Source: Promethearchaeota archaeon (GTDB taxonomy: Archaea > Asgardarchaeota > Lokiarchaeia > Sigyniarchaeales > SOKP01). From it: DNA of 16,602 nt. The stretch is taken from contig JAHLWH010000018.1 in NCBI GenBank assembly GCA_019058015.1, positions 1 to 16,602 of the forward strand. Reading direction: 5' to 3'. Shown piece after piece: positions 8,492 through 16,602 of this stretch; the stretch's first letter is position 1, and each line of letters starts with the position of its first letter. The notes below the pieces were generated by a model. That model saw only the letters and a list, made by a program, of their open reading frames with translations, had not been told where the DNA came from and ran no database searches. The position numbers and the translations under genes are program-made.

Positions 8492-9540
8492 GTCAAGATA
8501 TGGAAGCAATGGTAAAAAAATACTTAAAAAATGTGAAGGAAAAATTACCTGAATGGTTAAAAGACAAAAAGAAGGAAGCCAAAGATATTTTGGCTGAACT
8601 TGAGGGACATATTTGGGAAAAAGCTGAAGAATTATCAGATATTAATCAACCTACTGAGGATTCGGTACGATTAGCAATAGCCCATATGGGAACACCAGAA
8701 AGTATAGCAAGGGAGTACAAGCGTCGAGGAACACCTAAATATTACATAACAGAGGAACTTTGGCCACTTTATACGAAAGTTTTGAAAATAATACTTGTGG
8801 TAATAATTGCAATTGCTATTTTTTCTACAGTATTAAATGTAATGACAGGTAACTTAGAAGAGGCTTTAAGTTTTTTCGGTTATTTCAATTATTTCATGGG
8901 ATTTTTTTCAGCATTTACAATAGTGTCAATAATTTTTGTTGTTTTATCAATGGAAGGTTATTTTCCTGAAGATTTCAAATCAGAAAGAGAACTTAAGAAG
9001 GAGGCTCGTCGGCTTGAAATCGCTCGAGAAAAGGGATTACCTATATCTCCCAGGACTGGGAAACCTTTAAAACCTTTTATAAGTCCCATTGGTGAAATTA
9101 TTGGAGGAATCATTGTGGTTAGTATTGGTATATTTCTTATAACACTTCCTATTCCAGGTTTATTTAATTTAATGAATCCGGAATTTCTATTAATACTTCG
9201 TATTTTTGGAATGTTTACATTAATAGAAGGAGTATTGGATACAACTCGTGGTGTTATTGGAAATTATCAAGTAAAGACCCATCAGGTAATTCATATAATA
9301 ACGATTGGAGTTAAATTAGCTGTAATACCATTAGCTGTTATTCTTTGGAGTCGCCCTGATATAATTCCTTTTCTAAATTGGGATGATTCAACAAATACTT
9401 TGGTTTATATAGGAGTATCACCAGAATTTTATGATTTTTGTAGAAATTTAATGGCTGTAGTAATAGTAATAATGATAGTTGTTCCAATAGAAGACATATA
9501 CAAAATCATAAAGTTGGAAAAATATAAAGTAAAAAATTAA
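8488..9540 (+). CDS. Membrane protein with N-terminal HAAS-type (PadR-associated) helical domain
   Basis: YLKNVKEKLP...DILAELEGHIWE...AIAHMGTPESIAREY matches the HAAS/DUF1700-like pattern. About six hydrophobic segments follow. ATGA overlap with padR implies translational coupling. Confidence 0.8.
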   Translation: MSQDMEAMVKKYLKNVKEKLPEWLKDKKKEAKDILAELEGHIWEKAEELSDINQPTEDSVRLAIAHMGTPESIAREYKRRGTPKYYITEELWPLYTKVLKIILVVIIAIAIFSTVLNVMTGNLEEALSFFGYFNYFMGFFSAFTIVSIIFVVLSMEGYFPEDFKSERELKKEARRLEIAREKGLPISPRTGKPLKPFISPIGEIIGGIIVVSIGIFLITLPIPGLFNLMNPEFLLILRIFGMFTLIEGVLDTTRGVIGNYQVKTHQVIHIITIGVKLAVIPLAVILWSRPDIIPFLNWDDSTNTLVYIGVSPEFYDFCRNLMAVVIVIMIVVPIEDIYKIIKLEKYKVKN

Positions 9541-9547
9541 AAATCTA

Positions 9548-9564
9548 TTTTTTTTTTCTTTTTT
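9548..9564 (+). terminator. Oligo-T archaeal-type terminator after the padR operon
   Basis: T10-C-T6 tract starting 8 nt after the stop codon at 9540. Confidence 0.5.
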
Positions 9565-9566
9565 AA

Positions 9567-9959
9567 TTAAAGTTTTAATTCTGCTTTAATGTAATTCTCA
9601 TTTTTCTCTTGAATGGTTACGTTTTTATCATTTATGAGAATTGATGTAATTTCTAATATGGTTGGTATTAAAACCAGAATTTTAGAAACTTTTTTGCTAA
9701 TTTCTATCTTTATTGATTTGTCCTTCAGTTCTGCTTTAATATCAATGATTTCTTCATCATCTATGATTTTATATTCAATTTTATCTGTTTCTTTTCGAGG
9801 CGCTATATATAAGGTTAAAGTATCCAAATGTATTTCATCCACATATTGTATCACCGGTCCAAGCGGTAGGATCGTCCCCCCTTTAATAAAGAATGGATGT
9901 TTCAATCGTTCTTTAAGATAAAAAAGAAAGAGTTTTAAAATATTAATTTGTAATGCCAA
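9567..9959 (-). pseudogene. Probable C-terminal remnant of a GH31 glycoside hydrolase (distal beta domain, DUF5110-like)
   Basis: PFFIKGGTILPLGPVIQYVDE resembles the GH31 P(L/V)F(V/I)(R/K)xGxI(I/L)PxGPxxQY junction motif. No catalytic domain is present upstream, the start is TTG, and the first ~20 residues look unrelated. Confidence 0.6.
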
Positions 9960-10079
9960 TTTCTTTTACCTCAATTATTTTATTGAATTCAATTATTCTT
10001 TACTTAATTATAATTATTACATTTAAATTTAGTAGAAATTGTAATTATAATAAGAAAGATTCGATTATTAAAATGTATT

Positions 10080-11042
10080 ATGATGATTCAGACTAATCAA
10101 GAGATACAAGAGAGCCAAAAGTTAATATTAAATCTTAAAAAAGAGAAAGATGTTACAATTCTTGCTCATTATTATCAAACCTTGGAAATTCAAGAGATCG
10201 CAGATTTTGTAGGAGGTTCTTTAGGACTTTCAAAAATTGCTAGAGATCATATCAATACAAAAAATATCATTTTTGCTGGAGTTCTTTTTATGGCAGAAAC
10301 GGCTTCCATTTTAAATCCCGCAAAAAGAGTGCTAATGCCAGATAAACAAGCCGGTTGTCCTTTAGCTTCATTTCTTGATGGAAATACGGTGAATACGTAT
10401 AAGGAAAAATATCCGAGGGTGCCAACAGTTGTTTATATTAATTCTACGGCTGAAACAAAAGCAGAAACCGATGTTGTATGTACATCTTCAAATGCAATTA
10501 AGGTAGTACAAGGAATACAAAATGAATTTAAATCTAAGAAAGTTTTATTTGGACCAGATGAGAATCTTGCTGATTATGTGAAACAAAAAACAGGGATAAA
10601 TATCATCAATTTGCCAGATGAAGGATTTTGCTATGTTCATAATGTCATTAAAGATTTGGATGTTATTAAAGTTAAAAAGGAACATCCAAATGCATTAATC
10701 ACTGTACATCCAGAATGTAAAAGGGAGGTAAGAGAGCTTGCTGATCATATAGGTTCCACTAAGGGAATGTATGATTACGTTAAAAAAAATGCTTCAAAGG
10801 GAAATGAATTTATAATTGGTACTGAGCTTGGATTCGTCCAACGAGTTCAAAAAGATTTTCCAAATAATAAAATTTATCCCATAAACGAAAATTTTATTTG
10901 TAGAAATATGAAACTATCCACTTTAGAAAAAATATTTAATTTGCTAAATAATTTGAATAATGATAAACATAAAGTCACAGTACCAGACAATACTGCAAAT
11001 AAAGCAAGAATTAGTCTTGAAAAAATGTTAAAATATTCCTAA
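10080..11042 (+). CDS. nadA: Quinolinate synthase
   Basis: ILAHYYQ, FAGVLFMAETA, AGCPLA, YINS, CTSSNA, PDENL, CYVH, HPEC, GST, GTE, CRNMK. All three [4Fe-4S] cysteines are present. Confidence 0.96.
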   Translation: MMIQTNQEIQESQKLILNLKKEKDVTILAHYYQTLEIQEIADFVGGSLGLSKIARDHINTKNIIFAGVLFMAETASILNPAKRVLMPDKQAGCPLASFLDGNTVNTYKEKYPRVPTVVYINSTAETKAETDVVCTSSNAIKVVQGIQNEFKSKKVLFGPDENLADYVKQKTGINIINLPDEGFCYVHNVIKDLDVIKVKKEHPNALITVHPECKREVRELADHIGSTKGMYDYVKKNASKGNEFIIGTELGFVQRVQKDFPNNKIYPINENFICRNMKLSTLEKIFNLLNNLNNDKHKVTVPDNTANKARISLEKMLKYS

Positions 11043-11210
11043 ATTTCTACTTGATTAATCTGGAAAATTTAAATTAGTAAATTATTAAATAAAATATAGC
11101 AAAAATATTTTAAACAAAATTAAGATATTAGAATTATAAAAATATTGAAAAGAAAAATCAAATTAACAACAATATATAATAATACAAATCAAAAATCACT
11201 TAAAACTTAA

Positions 11211-11603
11211 TTGAGGTTGAAGAAGATTCCGATAGGTATAATTATCATTAGATGGGATAACGATCTCGGCCCAATCAGCGAAGCTTTTTATCCAGAGAAT
11301 CTAAAAATCACAAATAATCTATTAACTCAAGTTTACAGCTCCCACAGATATCAATCATTGAACCCTGGGTTTGCCTCTATTTCACTAAAGAACAATAAAG
11401 TAGTATCCTTTTTCTCTGGCGTTGGCGATAATTTTGTGGAGATTGAGAATTACGTTGTAGCATTAGTATTACGTAGAGATGAACAAACCCATAAGTATAG
11501 AGAAATTCTTAAAAAAATTGCCGCTGAGATTTTAGGAAAAGTAAGGGATGGTGATTACAAAAAAGCGCTCCCATCGTTATATAAAGAACTTGCAAAAATT
11601 TAA
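11211..11603 (+). CDS. Stand-alone uDENN/longin-like domain protein (C9orf72/NPRL2-type N-terminal motif)
   Basis: Hydrophobic strand + WDNDLGP + FYP, then helix, three strands and two helices, consistent with longin topology. Start uncertain: TTG 11211, TTG 11217 or ATT 11226. Confidence 0.72.
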   Translation: MRLKKIPIGIIIIRWDNDLGPISEAFYPENLKITNNLLTQVYSSHRYQSLNPGFASISLKNNKVVSFFSGVGDNFVEIENYVVALVLRRDEQTHKYREILKKIAAEILGKVRDGDYKKALPSLYKELAKI

Positions 11604-11621
11604 GATTGGAGGAAAAAAAAT

Positions 11622-12629
11622 TTATTCTTCCAAAAAATCCATTTTTAATACTACTTCTCCAAGATCGTTATATTCAAAAATATTTGCGTCAATTAATTTT
11701 TCTACGTATTTTTGAATAGTTACAGTAGGTATCCCCAATGCATTCTTCAAATCAGATAAAGATATGTGTTTTATTTGTCTGACAATTACAAATGCCTTGA
11801 ATAGCGGTTCTTCTTCAAAAAGAGGTTGTAGTCGATTAAAAAATTCAATAACTTCAATATTCTTATTTTTAAAATCAGTCAGTTCTGTTATTTGGTTGGT
11901 CAGGCGTTTTACTTCCTCCTGCATCTCTTTGTTTTCTTGATCTCGTTTATCATATTTAGTAATCAAATCATCATATCTCTTGACCATATCCTCGTGTAAT
12001 TTTTGAGCAGTTTCTTTTGCTGATATGGACTCTTTTGTTGTGAGTTTATCTTCTAAAATCTGCGACTCTAACGATTTAACCTTATCTTCCAACTCCATCT
12101 TCTCTGTTAAAGCCTTTTCCCGTATAGTTTTAATCTGCTCTTCATATCCTTCTTTAATATTTTTCTCTACAGTTTCTAATTCCTTGATTCGAATTTTTAA
12201 ATTATTTATTTCTTCGGTTTTAAATCTAAATTTTGTGTCGATCTCTGCAATTGTAGTTTTTAGATCTCCAACAGTTTCAGATTTAACTTCCATCATCTCT
12301 TGTAAAGGTTTAAATTGTTCTTTAAGCAATTCCATTTCTTTTTGTACTTCTGCAACTGTTGCGTTAGCAAGTTCAAGTTGAATGGACTTCTCAGATATTT
12401 CAGCTCTTTGTTCACCAATCAATGTTTTCAGTTCAATTACATCTGCTGGGACATCATACATTGAATCAATTTTCTGTTTTTGCTGTTCAATAACTGCATT
12501 CTGATCTGCAATTATATTTTTTTGTTTTTCAACTATTTCAGTCAGCCGGTCAATTTTTGCTTGAGCACGTGCACTTTCTTTTTCTTGACCTTCTATTGAG
12601 TCAATTAAATTTTTAATATCTTTAGACAT
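11622..12629 (-). CDS. Long coiled-coil protein with C-terminal winged helix-turn-helix
   Basis: About 265 aa of E/K/Q-rich heptad sequence, then FKAFVIVRQIKHISLSDLKNALGIPTVTIQKYVEKLIDANIFEYNDLGEVVL (HTH plus beta wing). Confidence 0.8.
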   Translation of the reverse strand: MSKDIKNLIDSIEGQEKESARAQAKIDRLTEIVEKQKNIIADQNAVIEQQKQKIDSMYDVPADVIELKTLIGEQRAEISEKSIQLELANATVAEVQKEMELLKEQFKPLQEMMEVKSETVGDLKTTIAEIDTKFRFKTEEINNLKIRIKELETVEKNIKEGYEEQIKTIREKALTEKMELEDKVKSLESQILEDKLTTKESISAKETAQKLHEDMVKRYDDLITKYDKRDQENKEMQEEVKRLTNQITELTDFKNKNIEVIEFFNRLQPLFEEEPLFKAFVIVRQIKHISLSDLKNALGIPTVTIQKYVEKLIDANIFEYNDLGEVVLKMDFLEE

Positions 12630-12710
12630 TTTTAAAAATCATTCCGACTTGAGTTATTAATTATTAAAGCTAGTGAGAATTAAATCTTATATTTATTTAT
12701 ATTTATTTAT

Positions 12711-13280
12711 ATGCTGACCAAATGTTTTTACTTTTATTCTTCAGAGTTAGAAAAAAACATTATTATTTTATATCGTTTAAAAAGTTCTAAAGTTTTTCTT
12801 GAAAGTGTGAATTTGATAGATAGTAGAAATCTCTCCAATTTTATTTCAGAGAATGATTTTATTGTTGAAAAATTTCAAAGTGTTAATAATATCTCGTTAA
12901 TAAATATGATTAAAATTATTAATTCATGTCTTAAAGGGGAAAGAGTTAATCTATATGACAGAATTTGTAAATTAGGAATAATTATTGATTATAAAAAAAC
13001 TTTTAAAACAGATTTTGCTTCAAGTGTAATAAGAGAATTATTAAAGGTGAAATATGGCGAAACCATTTCCTATTCAGAATTGGCTTCTAAATTAAACTCA
13101 AAGGCATATAGAGCTGTTGGGAGTATAATACATAAAAATCCGTACCCAATAATAATTCCTTGCCACCGTGTGATTAACAAAAATGGGACGATCGGTGGAT
13201 TTATGGGATCAAATAATGATGAATCATCAATAAATATTAAAAGAAAATTAATTAAACTTGAAAAAAATAGTAGAAGCTGA
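12711..13280 (+). CDS. ogt: Methylated-DNA--protein-cysteine methyltransferase (MGMT)
   Basis: YGETISYSELA, AYRAVG, and NPYPIIIPCHRV active-site motif. Confidence 0.93.
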   Translation: MLTKCFYFYSSELEKNIIILYRLKSSKVFLESVNLIDSRNLSNFISENDFIVEKFQSVNNISLINMIKIINSCLKGERVNLYDRICKLGIIIDYKKTFKTDFASSVIRELLKVKYGETISYSELASKLNSKAYRAVGSIIHKNPYPIIIPCHRVINKNGTIGGFMGSNNDESSINIKRKLIKLEKNSRS

Positions 13281-13296
13281 AAAAATAATCATAAAT

Positions 13297-13629
13297 TTAT
13301 TCAGTATTTTTTAAATCGGGTAATCTCTCAAAAACTAATTCTAAACCTTTTTTACTTAAAGCAACAATATCTTTATTTTTATTTTCTACATGATTCTGGA
13401 AAAAAGGTATCAACTGTTTAGCAAAATTCCTATAATTAGTTATGTTATCTCTTTTTATATGCTTTGCCATATTATTAAATTGAATATCCAATTCCGTCAA
13501 AAGCCATAAAAGAGATTCATTTTGAGATTTTCTTAATTCCAACGTCAATTTATTTGGGTCTGCGACTTTTTGTAAATCAAGATATTTAGATGTGTATTCA
13601 CCTTTTTTATTATTTTCCCAAGCACTCAT
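13297..13629 (-). CDS. Hypothetical helical protein (110 aa)
   Basis: ATG-initiated ORF with normal composition filling the gap between genes; no motif recognised. Confidence 0.65.
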   Translation of the reverse strand: MSAWENNKKGEYTSKYLDLQKVADPNKLTLELRKSQNESLLWLLTELDIQFNNMAKHIKRDNITNYRNFAKQLIPFFQNHVENKNKDIVALSKKGLELVFERLPDLKNTE

Positions 13630-13906
13630 TCTTTTATACCAGATTTTAAGTAATTTTAAGTCGTTGTTTATTATCTGAACTTACTACCAAACTTCAATTA
13701 ATGTAAAGTAAAATGACTATTAAAAGTTTATAAATTTTAAATAAGAACGTGCTATGCGTTAAAATTATAAAAATTCATGAGATATTTAAAAATAAATATT
13801 ACCGTAATATGATAAAAAAATAGTTTCTTAATAATTAGAAAAAAAAGAAAATGTTAAAAAAAAACATTCAATTTAAATTTTGAAATAAAATTATGAAGGA
13901 AGATCT

Positions 13907-14140
13907 TTACTTCAATTCTTTCATATCTTCTTTCATGATCGTCTTTCTTTTTAATTCTCCTTTTGATTTTCCTTTCGATTTCTTTGGTAATATATCAATA
14001 ATTTGTTGAATGTTGGCCTCAACTTGTCGATCGAGCCATTTAATCACATCATCTTTGACATCTCCAGCCCTTCTTATCCCTAATTTACTAAAATACTCAT
14101 CTATGCGGCTTTTCATTAAAAATTTACTTTTATATGCCAT
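13907..14140 (-). CDS. Atypical histone-fold protein with lysine-rich insertion and short alpha3
   Basis: C-terminal RKTIMKED matches the histone L2/alpha3 RKTIxxED motif with the usual R-x6-D spacing. alpha1 LMKSRIDEYFSKLG, L1 IRRAGD, amphipathic alpha2. Confidence 0.72.
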   Translation of the reverse strand: MAYKSKFLMKSRIDEYFSKLGIRRAGDVKDDVIKWLDRQVEANIQQIIDILPKKSKGKSKGELKRKTIMKEDMKELK

Positions 14141-14541
14141 TTTTTTTTTCCCTCTTTTTTTCTAGGTTAAAATTAATAAAATGAAGAAAATCATTCTTCT
14201 ATTGATATAATTATTTTCTTTCTTAGTTTTTAAATGTTTTATTTTTACCTTATCTAGATATTGATATTTTTGATTTTTTTTAATAAAAATTTAAATGTTT
14301 TTAACAGGATTATAGAAAAATTTAAGAGAATTTTGTTCTTTTTATTGGCAATATTTTTATCTAATCAGTTTTTTAAGGGATTTGTAGAGAATCTGGCATT
14401 TTTAAACATCCGTTGAGAAATTTACTTAAATTATGACTATTAGTTCATTATATTTGAAGAAATTAACTATTTCAGAAATAATATTTAAATTAAAAATGTT
14501 ATACATTATTTATCAATTAGAATAAAAAATGGTTATGAGTA

Positions 14542-16254
14542 ATGTCTTTAAAGGAGATTAAACCAAAAACTTCTGTTGCGTATTTCAGCATGGAAATTGC
14601 ACTTGACTCAAATATACCTACATATAGCGGTGGTCTTGGTGTTCTATCAGGAGATACTCTTCGGTCTGCAGCAGATTTAGAAATTCCAATGGTTGCTGTG
14701 TGTTTATGCTACTCATCCGGATATTTTTTTCAATTGTTCGATTCAGATGGTCGACAACAAGAAAAGGATATAAAGTGGAATTTTTATTATGAATTCGAAA
14801 AAATTCTTCATCCCATTAAGATACAAATTCAAGGGAAGGAAATTGTAATCTCTGCTTGGAAATATAACGTAGTAGGACAGAGTGGTCACATAATTCCGGT
14901 TTATTTATTGGAGACAGATGTAGAAGAGAACGAGCCGTGGCAGAGAGATCTTACACATGTTTTATATGATTCGACCAGTAGATTTCATAGAATTGTTCAA
15001 GAGATGATTTTAGGAATTGGAGGTATTCGATTACTTAAATCGCTTCATTATGATAACCTTCAAGTATATCATATGAATGAAGGGCATGCCGCTTTCATCA
15101 CTTTAGAATTATTGAAAGAATTTAATGGCAATTTGGATAAAGTAAAAGAAAAATGCGTTTTTACAACTCATACACCTGTTCCTGCAGGACATGATAAATT
15201 TGACTATAATTTAGTAAATGATGTATTTAGGAATAATTTACCAAGTAATTTAAGGGAATTGGGAGGGAAAAAAGAATTGAACATGACCATTCTTGCAGCA
15301 AATTGTTCGAGATACATTAATGGAGTTTCTAAAAAGCATGGTCAAGTAGCACAAGAGATGATGCCACAATATAAAATTGATTATATTACAAATGGCATTC
15401 ATTTGCCTTATTGGGTTTCAGAACCATTTGACGACATTTTCACAGAAAAGTGGCCTAGATGGAAGATGAGGCCAGATTTTCTACAAAATGCAATAGAACT
15501 TGAAGATCTAGACTTATTTGATGCACATAATGAAAACAAGTTTAAATTGATATCTTATCAAAAAGCGCATTCCTGGAATTTATTAGACGAAGAATTAATA
15601 ACAATTGGATTTGCTCGTCGTTTTGCAACTTACAAGAGAGCCACTTTACCATTTTATGATATCGATCGATTAGGAAAAATCTGTAAGGATAAAGTTCAAT
15701 TTATTTTTGCTGGGAAAGCTCATCCAAAGGATCAAATGGGTAAGGATTTTATTAAAAAGATATACGACAACAGTATTTATTTGTTTGATAATTATAGAGT
15801 AAAAGTTGTTTTAATGGAAAACTATAATATGGATTTATCCCATTTAATAACGGCGGGAGTTGATGTTTGGCTAAATTGTCCTGATAGATATAGAGAGGCT
15901 TCAGGTACTAGTGGAATGAAAGCAGCCTTAAATGGCGTGTTAAATTTTAGTGTTCTTGATGGGTGGTGGCTTGAAGGATACAAAAAGAATCGGTTGGCTG
16001 GATGGGCAATCGGTCCAGATGATTCGGATCCCGACGCGATAAAAAATGATTGGAATAAAGATGCTGAATCACTTTACACGGTATTAGAAAATGAGATTAT
16101 TCCCACTTACATGGACCAGGATGAGTGGCTTTGGCGGATGAAAAATGCCATTGCACTTTCTGCGTATTTCAATACTCACAGAATGATAAATGATTACGCA
16201 GAAAAATCCTGGAATTTAATTAGACAGGATCCTTGGAAATATGTCCCAATTTAA
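14542..16254 (+). CDS. glgP: Alpha-glucan (glycogen/maltodextrin) phosphorylase, GT35
   Basis: AYFSME, YSGGLGVLSGD, HMNEGH, FTTHTPVPAGHD, GFARRFATYKRA, AGKAHP, and the PLP-lysine motif EASGTSGMK. Confidence 0.96.
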   Translation: MSLKEIKPKTSVAYFSMEIALDSNIPTYSGGLGVLSGDTLRSAADLEIPMVAVCLCYSSGYFFQLFDSDGRQQEKDIKWNFYYEFEKILHPIKIQIQGKEIVISAWKYNVVGQSGHIIPVYLLETDVEENEPWQRDLTHVLYDSTSRFHRIVQEMILGIGGIRLLKSLHYDNLQVYHMNEGHAAFITLELLKEFNGNLDKVKEKCVFTTHTPVPAGHDKFDYNLVNDVFRNNLPSNLRELGGKKELNMTILAANCSRYINGVSKKHGQVAQEMMPQYKIDYITNGIHLPYWVSEPFDDIFTEKWPRWKMRPDFLQNAIELEDLDLFDAHNENKFKLISYQKAHSWNLLDEELITIGFARRFATYKRATLPFYDIDRLGKICKDKVQFIFAGKAHPKDQMGKDFIKKIYDNSIYLFDNYRVKVVLMENYNMDLSHLITAGVDVWLNCPDRYREASGTSGMKAALNGVLNFSVLDGWWLEGYKKNRLAGWAIGPDDSDPDAIKNDWNKDAESLYTVLENEIIPTYMDQDEWLWRMKNAIALSAYFNTHRMINDYAEKSWNLIRQDPWKYVPI

Positions 16255-16270
16255 AATATTGACTCTCTAG

Positions 16271-16284
16271 TTTTTTTTCCTTTT
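16271..16284 (+). terminator. Oligo-T terminator after glgP
   Basis: T8-CC-T4 tract 17 nt after the stop codon. Confidence 0.45.
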
Positions 16285-16319
16285 AAATTTAACGGCAATC
16301 GATTTAAAGTATTGATAAT

Positions 16320-16347
16320 ACTTCTCATAATATAGTTTATGGCATAT
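16320..16347. other. dif/Xer-like 11-6-11 inverted-arm site (alternatively a transcription-factor operator), copy 2
   Basis: ACTTCTCATAA-TATAGT-TTATGGCATAT. Left arm is 10/11 identical to 3363-3373. Confidence 0.45.
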
Positions 16348-16466
16348 TCTATAAATAATCGATTAATTATGAAAAAGTTTATAAATATGATATAGCGTAT
16401 GTTTTAAATGACTAATTAGAAATGAATTGCATATTAACAAATGGAAAAAAAAGAGTTGATATAATT

Positions 16467-16602
16467 ATGGCTGAGTCTGATATTTTATTGGAAATAAAAA
16501 AAGCAGTACTCGAAGGTGAGGATGATTTGGCCTATGATTTAACCCAAAAAGCGCTCAAAGAAGAGATTGAATCTTTACGAATAGTGAATGAAGGTGTTGT
16601 AC
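16467..16602 (+). CDS. Corrinoid (cobalamin-binding) protein, N-terminal cap domain; runs off the right window edge
   Basis: Not in the ORF track. MAESDILLEIKKAVLEGEDDLAYDLTQKALKEEIESLRIVNEGVV fits the B12-binding cap pattern (AV.EG....A..L...AL...I....I.NEG) of methyltransferase corrinoid proteins. Confidence 0.8.
   Translation, partial: MAESDILLEIKKAVLEGEDDLAYDLTQKALKEEIESLRIVNEGVV

Noticed and set aside
9613-9921. Plus-strand 102-aa ORF
   Set aside because: S/I-rich antisense shadow of the GH31-like fragment, which carries the recognisable motif.
9959-9972. 14-bp exact inverted match to 7769-7782 (GAGGTAAAAGAAAT)
   Set aside because: Several matches of this length are expected by chance at this base composition, and each copy has another explanation (PRT tail; SD-like motif).
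12025-12381. Plus-strand 118-aa ORF
   Set aside because: Ser-rich antisense shadow of the E/K-rich coiled coil.
14420-14437. ATTTACTTA-AATTATGAC, resembling the 3363 site with 10 bp deleted
   Set aside because: Requires a large gap, lacks the 11-6-11 geometry and is mostly A/T.

Overview
Very AT-rich window that looks like Asgard archaeal (Lokiarchaeia/Promethearchaeia-like) chromosome. This is an inference from a Loki-type LRR protein, a uDENN/longin protein, a histone-fold protein and TATA/oligo-T signals. Genes in order: membrane-fused GDPD (partial); D-aminoacylase-family amidohydrolase broken by one in-frame TAA; type I phosphoribosyltransferase (PRT); 1247-aa LRR protein; PadR + HAAS-type membrane protein pair with a palindromic operator; GH31 C-terminal remnant; nadA; uDENN/longin protein; coiled-coil-winged-helix protein; MGMT; small orphan; atypical histone; alpha-glucan phosphorylase; start of a corrinoid protein. 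Main unannotated signals: (i) the last 14 codons plus stop of the PRT gene recur 4.6 kb downstream as a synonymously diverged direct repeat, bracketing the LRR gene like attL/attR of an integrase-less island; (ii) two related 11-6-11 dif/Xer-like sites (3363, 16320); (iii) a GC-rich ~110-nt foldable element inside that island. All family calls rest on motif recognition by eye, with no database searches.
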